A DNA stretch of 53,728 bases from Escherichia phage ES2-BCU-3, in sequence record PV733669.1; one strand, given 5' to 3'. Below, piece by piece: positions 45,481 to 53,277 of this stretch. The notes beneath the pieces were generated by a model. The model had not been told where the DNA came from and searched no databases. It saw only the letters and a program-made list of their open reading frames with translations. How positions within the stretch are numbered: the stretch's first letter is position 1; the number at the start of each line of letters is the position of its first letter. The position numbers were made by a program, and so were the translations under genes.

Positions 45481-47983
45481 TATTTTAGGGCTGAAGTTCT
45501 TCAAACCAGAAGGCATCCCTCAAGTCTTCAAAGATATGAAGCGCTGGGGTATCTTCGAATTAACGTACGAAGACGATAAGCTCGAAGTACAATCAAAACC
45601 TAAGAAACCGGCAAGGGCCCCGTCCGGGCGTTCCTTTAGCACCACTGTACCTGAAGAGTGGATGACATTCGACGAAGCATTGAATCGATGCATTCGCAAC
45701 CGTGAGATGAAGATTAAAGCTGTACAGGGTAATATAACCTTTGTACCAGCATTGATTGTTCCTCGCCAATGGTACTTTGTTGACCTGGACAACCATGAAG
45801 ACAACCCAGATATTGAGGCAACCCACAAAGCCATAATTGAAGGGACTCGCGGTGCTTATGCTGAGACATCTATCTCGGGTAAAGGTCAGCACATCGCTAT
45901 ACCATTACCATGGACTGCAGCAACGTCCAAAGAGAAAGACGACCTGCTGGACATCAAAATCCAGAAGGCTGAGATGTTCCTGGTAATGACAGGTAACGTG
46001 TTGAGTGAGTTCAATGCCAACCCTGTATCAGCCAAGCAATGGCATGAAGCTATTGAGCGATTCTTCCGTGATGCTTCAGCTCCTGATATTGATGTACAGT
46101 TTGAGCAAGACCCTGACCTGGGTGAAGAGCATGACAAAGAGCTGTATGCTCAGTTAGCCGAGAATACTCGTTGGGCATTAGAACACCCAATGAATGAGCA
46201 TGCACCTGATGGTGTTGGTGTAAGTAATGATGGTTCCGAACGTCTTAGCCGTATATTGAAAGACTTACTTCGTGTTACCCGTAATTACGAAGTCACACAG
46301 CGCATCTTTATGTCAAGTGCTGCAGCTCAGTACTCAGGACGACGTGCAAGCCGTATCAATTTGAGTGAGACACAATATCTGCAATGGTTCAGCCGTGTAG
46401 GTAAGACTGTACTCAAAGAGATGCAACGTGACGGACTGTTTGTCAAGACTGCATTTGCTCTGGACATTAACAAAGAGCTGATGAAGAAGTCTGGCATTAA
46501 ACTTGCCGACAATGTAGAGTTCAAGGTTGATGAAGACATTCTACCGTCTGAAGAGTTTGTACGTACAGCCCCAACAGGTTTCAAAGCTCTTATCGCCGAA
46601 GTGCAAAGCAATATTGCACCAAGCAAACGAGTGAATGACTACGCCATCGGCACCGCACTCAATATCCTGAGTAACTGTGCAGGACGCAAGTATGTTTGCC
46701 CTGTTGAAGGTCATGCAAACTTCCTGGTGACTAACATCATCCTTGTGGGTGGTTCATCTATCGGTAAGTCACTTTATACCGAGATGTTCCCGCAGATTCA
46801 GGCCGGCCTTCCAGAAGGTTCACCGCTGAGTCTGTTACGCATACCCCGTGAGCAGACGTTTGCAACCAGGACATTCGCCGAGATGATGGCTAACCCGTCA
46901 TTCCACTCGGTACAACTGTTCTACCCTGAATTTGGCCTGGCATTAGGTTCTGGTTTACGCATGAACCCTAACAACCCAGACAACTTCCAGAAGGCTTTAA
47001 TGGATGCTTCAACCAAGCGTAAGGTTGGCGGTATCTTAACAGGCATTAAACGTGCCAATGCTGAGAATGATGTTAAGGCGGTTCACGAACCTTGTTACTC
47101 TATCTTTGGTGACTCGACTCAAGAGCTTATCCTTGACAACACTCGTAAGCAAGACTTCTCATCTGGCTTCTTACCTCGCTTCCTGTTCATTCCGAACTAC
47201 GAACGAGCAGACTTTGCACAACCTGAGAAGGTAGGACGCCGTAAAGAAGTTCGCCGAGTACAGTTCAGCAAGGATATGATTGAACAGCTCGAGGCAATTG
47301 CTTATGTCAATGCTATTCCACCAAACGGACGGCTGAGACACGAACCAATCGCCATTTACGATGAGTCCGACGATGATGACATCTTGTATGAGTACCAATG
47401 CAAGATTAATGACATGCGTCGCTACTATCGTGATAACGAAGTTGCATCAGCCTTTGTGGGTCGTATGGGAGAATATGTCTTCAATATCGCCTCACTAATT
47501 GGCTTGCTTGATAATTGGGACAATCCTGTAATGACTCGTGATAACATTGAATGGGCATACAAATATGTTCTTCGTTGTATCACAGCCTGGGTTAACAATG
47601 CCAGCAAGGTAATTGCTCCACCTACAACTGACGCTGAAGTGGTTGACGGCTTCCTCAAAGTGTATCGGGACCTTTTGGCCCAGTACAACAAGAAAGGCTG
47701 GAAAGGTATTGTCAAGCATTATCCTGATAACATTGTACGCAATCTCAAGGAAGACCACCTCAAGATGAATGGCTTATCAATATATGCTATTCGTCAAAGT
47801 ATGGGCTGGTTTAAGACTTCTTACAACTTTGAGATTAAGAACAAGGCAATTGACGGCATGCTCAAGGATATGATAGACCAGGACTACCTTGCTGTCCAAG
47901 TATATAAGCCACCCACAGGTAAGTCGTCCAATTTGTACTGCTTAACTGAACGCGGTTACTCAGAAGCCAAGAAACTTAAATAA
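45455..47983 (+). CDS. Primase-helicase (AEP-type primase/polymerase domain fused to SF3-type helicase)
   Basis: N-terminal VDLDNH and SGKGQHIAIP resemble the archaeo-eukaryotic primase catalytic core; C-terminal P-loop VGGSSIGKS with downstream acidic motifs typical of D5/SF3 helicases. Confidence 0.6.
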   Translation: MTMTSQPSDILGLKFFKPEGIPQVFKDMKRWGIFELTYEDDKLEVQSKPKKPARAPSGRSFSTTVPEEWMTFDEALNRCIRNREMKIKAVQGNITFVPALIVPRQWYFVDLDNHEDNPDIEATHKAIIEGTRGAYAETSISGKGQHIAIPLPWTAATSKEKDDLLDIKIQKAEMFLVMTGNVLSEFNANPVSAKQWHEAIERFFRDASAPDIDVQFEQDPDLGEEHDKELYAQLAENTRWALEHPMNEHAPDGVGVSNDGSERLSRILKDLLRVTRNYEVTQRIFMSSAAAQYSGRRASRINLSETQYLQWFSRVGKTVLKEMQRDGLFVKTAFALDINKELMKKSGIKLADNVEFKVDEDILPSEEFVRTAPTGFKALIAEVQSNIAPSKRVNDYAIGTALNILSNCAGRKYVCPVEGHANFLVTNIILVGGSSIGKSLYTEMFPQIQAGLPEGSPLSLLRIPREQTFATRTFAEMMANPSFHSVQLFYPEFGLALGSGLRMNPNNPDNFQKALMDASTKRKVGGILTGIKRANAENDVKAVHEPCYSIFGDSTQELILDNTRKQDFSSGFLPRFLFIPNYERADFAQPEKVGRRKEVRRVQFSKDMIEQLEAIAYVNAIPPNGRLRHEPIAIYDESDDDDILYEYQCKINDMRRYYRDNEVASAFVGRMGEYVFNIASLIGLLDNWDNPVMTRDNIEWAYKYVLRCITAWVNNASKVIAPPTTDAEVVDGFLKVYRDLLAQYNKKGWKGIVKHYPDNIVRNLKEDHLKMNGLSIYAIRQSMGWFKTSYNFEIKNKAIDGMLKDMIDQDYLAVQVYKPPTGKSSNLYCLTERGYSEAKKLK

Positions 47984-47989
47984 ATACAA

Positions 47990-48027
47990 GGGCTTAGGTG
48001 TTATATGCATCTAAGTCCTTCTTTTTT
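47990..48027 (+). terminator. Rho-independent terminator
   Basis: Stem gggcttag(47990..47997)/ctaagtcc(48011..48018) with one G-U pair, 13-nt loop, then TTCTTTTTT. Confidence 0.55.
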
Positions 48028-48034
48028 AAGCTCT

Positions 48035-48342
48035 TTTTTCCGGCGGAGGCAATGCATATAATCATATATTTGAATATATATCACTTAAACCTTTGTTTTA
48101 TATACTCTTTTCGAATCCATAATCCATATAGCTTTCTTTAAATAATTAAGGGGGTAATAAGGGTACACAAGACCAGATAAAGGGGTAGATATTATTATTT
48201 ATTTATTATATATATTATATATATTTATATATTAGATAAAGAGTAAGTAAAACAGCTACTTAGAAGGCTAGAATCCATATTCACGGGAATATAGTTATAT
48301 GGATTACAGACCGGATAAAGAAAATCCTCCGCCGGCGGAAAA
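48035..48342. other. AT-rich block bounded by inverted repeats (candidate replication origin)
   Basis: Inverted repeats tttttccggcggagg(48035..48049) and cctccgccggcggaaaa(48326..48342); a 45-bp run of only A/T (48191..48235); internal aatccatat/atatggatt inverted repeats; two AGGGGTA direct repeats. Confidence 0.45.
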
Positions 48343-48379
48343 TTTAAAAAAGTCGGATTGCTAAATAAATTCGTAGACG

Positions 48380-48408
48380 TTTACACTGTGATTAATATGT
48401 AGTACAAT
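48380..48408 (+). promoter_or_regulatory. Sigma70-like promoter (TTTACA-17-TACAAT)
   Basis: TTTACA 48380..48385; TACAAT 48403..48408. Confidence 0.45.
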
Positions 48409-48458
48409 AATCACCAATATCCCAAATTAGCAGAATTTTCAACAGGATTGAATACAAT

Positions 48459-48887
48459 ATGGTTAACATTCGAGTAAAAGGCCAAAACTTTGAGCGTAAA
48501 ATGGCAAAAAAATTCAATGAATCATTTGGATTGAGTGTTGAACGCAATCTTCAACAGTCTATTAATGGCGGGGATGACTTACTCGGGGTACCGTTTTTCA
48601 GCGTTGAGCTTAAAAAACACAATACAAAAGCCATCGGTACGTGGTGGCGTCAATGTGAGGAGTCAGCAAAGCGTCATGATAAGACGCCTGTACTAATATA
48701 CGAACTTCCACGCCAAAAGCCAGTCGTTGTAATGCGACGCAGTGACGTGGATGTTGGTATATTACCACTTGGTACAACTTTCAAAGAGGCAACTAACAGG
48801 CTCTTTGTGGGCTTGGTAGAGCTAACATGGGAACAATTTTGCCAGGTCTACAACTTTTACGTTGCGCCTGGCGTTGATGTCAGTTAA
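48459..48887 (+). CDS. Hjc-like Holliday junction resolvase (PD-(D/E)XK), putative
   Basis: KGQNFERKMAKKF...G and DDLLGVPFFSVELKK parallel archaeal Hjc motifs KGxxxER and D...ExK. Confidence 0.5.
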   Translation: MVNIRVKGQNFERKMAKKFNESFGLSVERNLQQSINGGDDLLGVPFFSVELKKHNTKAIGTWWRQCEESAKRHDKTPVLIYELPRQKPVVVMRRSDVDVGILPLGTTFKEATNRLFVGLVELTWEQFCQVYNFYVAPGVDVS

Positions 48888-49068
48888 CAGGTTTTAGCTC
48901 GTCGCAGATAACACGCTGGTTTTGTGCAGGCACTAATCCCAGTTCTAACAAAGTGTATGGACTATCGGCAGCACATTGTTCTACGGTAGTCCATTCAGGT
49001 TTCGCTTCGACAACTTTGTATTCACAGTCGTGTGCAGCGATACAAGTAGCAAGAATCAAACCAATCAT
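48880..49068 (-). CDS. Hypothetical small protein
   Basis: 62-aa ORF with hydrophobic N-terminus. Confidence 0.4.
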   Translation of the reverse strand: MIGLILATCIAAHDCEYKVVEAKPEWTTVEQCAADSPYTLLELGLVPAQNQRVICDELKPVN

Positions 49069-49314
49069 TTATTTACTCCTGATGCCAAGTTTATTGAACA
49101 ACCAAATACACATATCAACCCAGGTTACTGGTACAGTTTTCGGGGGTTGATAAGACCATGCTTTTGCAGCTCGCTCCGCATTTTCTTCTCGCCTGCGCGC
49201 TTGGCGTAATACTTGACTGTCAGTAATGCCGGCAGAAAAAACATCGGCAATGTGAGATAAATCGCGTCGATGAACACGTCCAACCAAATCATTCAGTTGC
49301 TCCTCAGAAAACAT
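49069..49314 (-). CDS. Hypothetical protein
   Basis: 81-aa ORF; GGAG RBS. Confidence 0.45.
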   Translation of the reverse strand: MFSEEQLNDLVGRVHRRDLSHIADVFSAGITDSQVLRQARRREENAERAAKAWSYQPPKTVPVTWVDMCIWLFNKLGIRSK

Positions 49315-49426
49315 AACTCAACACCATACATACGATAACAATACCAATTACAATCCGCCACATGCTACGATTAACAGCATATACCGGATTCTCAGTAGTA
49401 TACTCAACAACATGTTTACGGACCAT
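49304..49426 (-). CDS. Small hydrophobic peptide (40 aa), not in the ORF track
   Basis: ATG at 49426 preceded by AAGGAGG (6-nt spacer); encodes MVRKHVVEYTTENPVYAVNRSMWRIVIGIVIVCMVLSYVF with one TM-like helix; stop TGA 49304..49306. Confidence 0.4.
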   Translation of the reverse strand: MVRKHVVEYTTENPVYAVNRSMWRIVIGIVIVCMVLSYVF

Positions 49427-49448
49427 AATCGGCCTCCTTGTGGGTTAA

Positions 49449-49493
49449 TTCAATCATGAGGACTTTCATCAAATCCTCATTGTTGAATTACTC
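49449..49493 (-). promoter_or_regulatory. Conserved-flank intergenic hairpin (early operon element 1)
   Basis: Minus strand reads GAGTAA-TTCAACA-[ATGAGGA...TCCTCAT]-GATTGAA; 7-bp stem between the upstream stop and the next RBS. Confidence 0.5.
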
Positions 49494-49793
49494 ATCATCA
49501 GCAGTATAATTGGAAATATCTTCCGCCAATGTTTCAATGTCAAACACCGCATTCAAGAAAGAATGCTCAACAACAGCTTTATCAAGTTCATCATCATAAT
49601 AAAGCTCAATGTAACTACCATACAACTCTTCTACACTTTCAATTGCAGGATAAATCTCATGCACTGCAGCATAGAAATCATCAAAATTATCAAAACAACG
49701 ACAATTTGTCAACTCTTGACCTTGCATCATTTCAACTAACTCATTAGTCAGATAAAAATAGCAATTGTGCTGGTTAATAATGAATGGTGTCAT
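49488..49793 (-). CDS. Hypothetical acidic protein
   Basis: ATG at 49793 with GAGGAGAG RBS (track ORF starts at TTG 49820); strongly acidic. Confidence 0.5.
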   Translation of the reverse strand: MTPFIINQHNCYFYLTNELVEMMQGQELTNCRCFDNFDDFYAAVHEIYPAIESVEELYGSYIELYYDDELDKAVVEHSFLNAVFDIETLAEDISNYTADDE

Positions 49794-49818
49794 GTTTCTC
49801 TCCTCAGTGATATTAATC

Positions 49819-49839
49819 AAGTCCCGGATACCGAGACTT
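49819..49839 (-). promoter_or_regulatory. Intergenic hairpin (early operon element 2)
   Basis: 9-bp stem aagtcccgg/ccgagactt with 3-nt loop; lies upstream of the 49793 start. Confidence 0.4.
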
Positions 49840-49847
49840 TGTTAATT

Positions 49848-50048
49848 TCACTCAATCATCACCTGAGCTACTATTATACACTCTTTATTGAATCTGGTAA
49901 ACACTTTACCTGCATTGGTACGTTTTGCACCAGCTTTTAATGCAGTTTGTGTCCAGACATTCCACTCTTCAGTTGTCAAAAATTGTTGGTCAACTTTTGG
50001 AGGTAACTGTTGAGCTATATGAACTGTAGTAAATTTGATTAATGGCAT
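49848..50048 (-). CDS. Hypothetical protein
   Basis: ATG at 50048 (MPLIKF...), 10-nt overlap with the upstream gene; track ORF starts at 50078. Confidence 0.4.
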   Translation of the reverse strand: MPLIKFTTVHIAQQLPPKVDQQFLTTEEWNVWTQTALKAGAKRTNAGKVFTRFNKECIIVAQVMIE

Positions 50049-50275
50049 ACACCACCATAACTTTGGATTTGTACACAAAAACTTCTGAAATTGTGAAGAG
50101 GAATATCGTCACAATTAATGAAGTATTGACCAGTTAAAGATTTCAAACCAAACCGCACATAACCTTTGTTAAGGTTGAGACGCACAATCTCACAAAATAA
50201 ATCATATGCGCCCAATTCCTGAACTTTTGGATGATTGATGTCTGGGTTAAAGTCAATCAGCATTTCTACTTTCAT
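50039..50275 (-). CDS. Hypothetical protein
   Basis: ATG at 50275 with AGGAG RBS (track ORF starts at TTG 50302). Confidence 0.5.
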   Translation of the reverse strand: MKVEMLIDFNPDINHPKVQELGAYDLFCEIVRLNLNKGYVRFGLKSLTGQYFINCDDIPLHNFRSFCVQIQSYGGVCH

Positions 50276-50296
50276 GTTTCTTCTCCTGTTGAATAA

Positions 50297-50347
50297 TTTC
50301 AATCATGAACTATCGCAACTTTGATAGTTCATTGTTGAAACTATTGC
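50297..50347 (-). promoter_or_regulatory. Conserved-flank intergenic hairpin (early operon element 3)
   Basis: Minus strand reads TAG-TTTCAACA-[ATGAACTATC...GATAGTTCAT]-GATTGAAA; 10-bp stem 50305..50314/50323..50332. Confidence 0.5.
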
Positions 50348-50529
50348 AATTTTGTACTAATTTGAATCGTGAGTCTGAATTGTTCAAGTAAGTCGCTAAC
50401 GCGAGAATTATCTTCAACACTAGACTCAATTTGATCACTAACAATTTGAGCATTTGATTCAAGAAGTTCAATCAAGTGCGCCAATTCGTCTGCTGTCAGT
50501 TTAAGTTCTTTCATAATTTTAACAACCAT
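50341..50529 (-). CDS. Hypothetical small protein
   Basis: 62-aa acidic ORF. Confidence 0.45.
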   Translation of the reverse strand: MVVKIMKELKLTADELAHLIELLESNAQIVSDQIESSVEDNSRVSDLLEQFRLTIQISTKLQ

Positions 50530-50774
50530 CCCATTACCAGTCCAAGGTCAGCAATATCATCACTGTCACGTTCACCGTCTTTGAATTCAGTACAGAACAT
50601 TCGCATGATTTGTGCCAAATTCATATTGATGACATACGCATGAATTTTCAAGTCTTCAAGAGGAGTGTCAAGTACTAATTGACCAAACTCCTGAAAACTT
50701 TCGTCCCAATTCAAGAACCATTCACGTGCGTAATGATGCAACTTGTCCATCAGGTCTTTGTCGTCAAGTGTCAT
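50511..50774 (-). CDS. Hypothetical protein
   Basis: 87-aa ORF; RBS AGGAG upstream of ATG 50774. Confidence 0.5.
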   Translation of the reverse strand: MTLDDKDLMDKLHHYAREWFLNWDESFQEFGQLVLDTPLEDLKIHAYVINMNLAQIMRMFCTEFKDGERDSDDIADLGLVMGWLLKL

Positions 50775-50796
50775 GTTTTTTACTCCTGTTGATTAA

Positions 50797-50842
50797 TAAT
50801 TTCAATCCAGACCTCTCGTAAGAGGTCTGTCAGAAATTACTC
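50797..50842 (-). promoter_or_regulatory. Conserved-flank intergenic hairpin (early operon element 4)
   Basis: Minus strand reads GAGTAA-TTTCTGAC-[AGACCTCT-UACG-AGAGGTCT]-GGATTGAAA; 9-bp stem 50808..50816/50821..50829. Confidence 0.5.
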
Positions 50843-51403
50843 TTCAGTTTCTTGTTCCGGAGCTTTATCATCAGCTTTATCATCAGTTTTTACAACTGAT
50901 TTACCGTCAGTGATTTTACCGGATTTTACATCATTACGGTAGTATGACATATAAGACTGTACAACACGTTTTGCCTTAATATCATCATCTGCCATTTCAC
51001 AAGCTTTCATTGCATCTGCAAGTGCCAGCTTGGAATCTTCTTTGTCCAGCAAGTTGTAATCTTTGAACACGGTATAGCATGTGTCCTTAGTTGATGGACC
51101 AGTTGAAGTTTTACGGGTGCCACCAGTGCTGGATTTTTGTTTGACTGCAACATGCTGAACTTCAAGCTGATTGAGTTCATCAAACAATGCCTTCATCATC
51201 ACTTCTTTGGAATCTTTGATTGTGCAGGTAGTCTCATCATTGAGACTTTTAATCATTTTCAACAGTTGATTGCGTTCAAAATGCTGGAGAGCATTCTGCT
51301 GCACAATCATTGACGCCATAGTGTCGTCAGTTGTCAGACCGTCCATCACAGCTTCAACAGAAAACGCGGAAGTAATGTAAACGTAGTTGATTGCAGTAGT
51401 CAT
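50837..51403 (-). CDS. Hypothetical protein (188 aa)
   Basis: ORF with GAGAGGA RBS; Lys/Asp-rich C-terminus. Confidence 0.5.
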   Translation of the reverse strand: MTTAINYVYITSAFSVEAVMDGLTTDDTMASMIVQQNALQHFERNQLLKMIKSLNDETTCTIKDSKEVMMKALFDELNQLEVQHVAVKQKSSTGGTRKTSTGPSTKDTCYTVFKDYNLLDKEDSKLALADAMKACEMADDDIKAKRVVQSYMSYYRNDVKSGKITDGKSVVKTDDKADDKAPEQETEE

Positions 51404-51455
51404 GTTTGTATCCTCTCATTGATAGATTTTTGATTGTCAATCCTTGACAAGTAAG

Positions 51456-51501
51456 TCCAATCATGACAACTTTGGTAAGTTGTCATTGTTGGAAATTACT
51501 C
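51456..51501 (-). promoter_or_regulatory. Conserved-flank intergenic hairpin (early operon element 5)
   Basis: Minus strand reads GAGTAA-TTTCCAACA-[ATGACAACTT-ACCA-AAGTTGTCAT]-GATTGGA; stem 51464..51472/51477..51485; a second palindrome ttgtcaa/ttgacaa lies at 51433..51451. Confidence 0.5.
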
Positions 51502-51645
51502 TTGATATTTGACTACTTGTGACTGGATAAAATCAACACAATCGTCCACGTCCATTGACTCAAAGTCTGGAACTGGTCCATTGTTAATGTTGACACACCA
51601 CAGTCCCTCATTGTCATCATACCAAAGTGTATAATTGTCTTTCAT
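51496..51645 (-). CDS. Hypothetical small protein (first gene of the early minus-strand operon)
   Basis: ATG at 51645 with GAGGTGA RBS 6 nt upstream; track ORF extends to GTG 51699 through a hairpin. Confidence 0.45.
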   Translation of the reverse strand: MKDNYTLWYDDNEGLWCVNINNGPVPDFESMDVDDCVDFIQSQVVKYQE

Positions 51646-51675
51646 AATAGTCACCTCATGTATTAGTTTCCAGGT

Positions 51676-51699
51676 GTGACTACTGTTACCAATAGTCAC
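51676..51699 (-). promoter_or_regulatory. Leader hairpin with the same 5' flank as the intergenic hairpins
   Basis: Minus strand reads GTAATAGTTTCAACCA-[GTGACTA...TAGTCAC]; 7-bp stem 51676..51682/51693..51699. Confidence 0.4.
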
Positions 51700-51886
51700 T
51701 GGTTGAAACTATTACTTGTGTTACTATCAACAAGAAACATGTTAACCAGATTGTTAAAGAGCAAAAGACACCATTGACCATCTACCAGATGTGTCTGTTG
51801 ACTGGTTGAGTACTAACAACATAAGTAACTACATAAATCCTCCTGAACCATTCTTGTGTTGAATTGTTCAACACATTCAATAAATA

Positions 51887-51916
51887 TATAATAGTCCAAT
51901 CGCTATTGATTGTACA
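51887..51916 (-). promoter_or_regulatory. Candidate early promoter for the minus-strand small-gene operon
   Basis: TTGTACATAAA at 51910..51920 matches the recurring GTGTACATA -35 region; TATATA/TATTAT -10-like hexamers 17-18 nt away on the minus strand. Confidence 0.35.
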
Positions 51917-51966
51917 TAAAAGAATTGCAAGTTAGTGCAAGTATTTAGAAACGATAATCACTTGCG

Positions 51967-52226
51967 GTTGATAGTGGTTCTCGATTACAATTGATATAGT
52001 TACTCGAGTAATCACTTCGTTTGAAATGGTCGGCAGGGGTTATAGTTACATAGGGGTGCTATCTAATAGGGCCGGCGAAATTATTTATAAAAATATAATT
52101 TCAATCTGAATTGTAGACGCTTTGAACTACTTCGGCCGAAACTGCTACACGGGTAATAGTTACTCTGGTAATGATTGCGTTGGTAATAGTTCACAACGAA
52201 ATAGGGTGCGGGGGGTATAATCACTC
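51967..52226. repeat. Iteron-like array of about 13-bp direct repeats (consensus GGTAATAGTTACTC)
   Basis: Copies at 51993..52005 (gatatagttactc), 52039..52049 (gttatagttac), 52152..52165 (ggtaatagttactc), 52182..52194 (ggtaatagttcac); degenerate copies at 51967, 52006, 52167, 52214; inverted copy at 51707..51715; AT-rich tract 52081..52100. Confidence 0.55.
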
Positions 52227-52412
52227 TGTGTGACCAATTTTAAGCGCCGACGGATTTTTTTATTTTTTGCTCCTTTTTAGACTCCTAGTACTCAATCATC
52301 ATCATATCAATCACGATTGTGTTACCATAAAGCCTTTTGTACAGAAATTGGAGGCCCCTCCAAAAATTTTTTATATTTTTCTGGAATTGTGTAGACATCT
52401 GTTAAAAAGTGG

Positions 52413-52441
52413 TGTACTTTTTTCTCACCACGCGCTATCAT
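52413..52441 (+). promoter_or_regulatory. Early-type promoter (GGTGTACT -35 region, TATCAT -10)
   Basis: TGTACT 52413..52418, 17-nt spacer, TATCAT 52436..52441; -35 inside inverted repeat gtggtg/caccac. Confidence 0.45.
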
Positions 52442-52505
52442 TAATTATCATCAACAACGACGTGTCAACGGACTTGCCTTGACCGTCCCTACTTGTGGGT
52501 TACAT

Positions 52506-53015
52506 ATGGAACTAGTCACTTTGACTCCGTATCCTCCGCAATTAGCTGTTGTGCTGAGTAAAAAACAGCATGATGAGCTGATTAAAGAGATGGATTTGCC
52601 TCCTTTTGGCCACTGGGAGGATGAATTTCCTGTCGCTGCAACAACTTTTACCTTCAACCGTAAGAGCTATCCCTATTGCTTTATAGTCGTAGAGCTCTAC
52701 CTCCCGGACGACCTCCGCTACAATACCATATCCCACGAAGGCATCCATGTCATGTCGTCATTAATGAAGTATGTCGGTCTTAAGTACGACGCAGATAACG
52801 ACGAATGGTATGCTTATCAGCATGATTTTATCGTAAACGCCATTTGTAAGGCTCATGACGAGTATATAAAGGCCAAAAAAGAGCAAGAAATTGCTCCAAA
52901 ACGCATAGAAACGGGCAATCATCCGTCTCTTGATGACACTCCACCTTGGCCTGAGCATGACCCAATGAAGGCCTTACTTTCCGAACCATCATCACAGGAT
53001 TTTTTAAATGACTGA
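52506..53015 (+). CDS. HExxH zinc metallopeptidase-like protein (putative)
   Basis: Contains HEGIH, a zincin-type HExxH motif; ATG at 52506 (track ORF starts at TTG 52479). Confidence 0.45.
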   Translation: MELVTLTPYPPQLAVVLSKKQHDELIKEMDLPPFGHWEDEFPVAATTFTFNRKSYPYCFIVVELYLPDDLRYNTISHEGIHVMSSLMKYVGLKYDADNDEWYAYQHDFIVNAICKAHDEYIKAKKEQEIAPKRIETGNHPSLDDTPPWPEHDPMKALLSEPSSQDFLND

Positions 53016-53277
53016 AGCAAACATCCTCGACCTGCCAGTAATCGAAAAAGGCAAACATCTCGAAGTTACTGTTGCGTATGACGCAAAATGCCGTTTACGC
53101 AAGCTTCGTGGCGGCTTTATCACGCGAAACATACAGGCAACGGCCAAATTTGGCTGTTACGGTGAGTTGGATATTGATTCAGCTAAACATCAGCTTGAAC
53201 ACTTGCTTGCCAATAAGTATGGCGCTCGTCGTATTCGCTGGGAAATGTTCAAAATCGTTTCGGAGGTAGAGCTGTGA
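53008..53277 (+). CDS. Hypothetical protein
   Basis: 89-aa ORF overlapping neighbours at both ends. Confidence 0.45.
   Translation: MTEANILDLPVIEKGKHLEVTVAYDAKCRLRKLRGGFITRNIQATAKFGCYGELDIDSAKHQLEHLLANKYGARRIRWEMFKIVSEVEL

Noticed and set aside
52350-52380. GGAGGCCCCTCC followed by A/T runs as an intrinsic terminator
   Set aside because: The stem is only 4-5 bp with a 2-4 nt loop; too weak to call.
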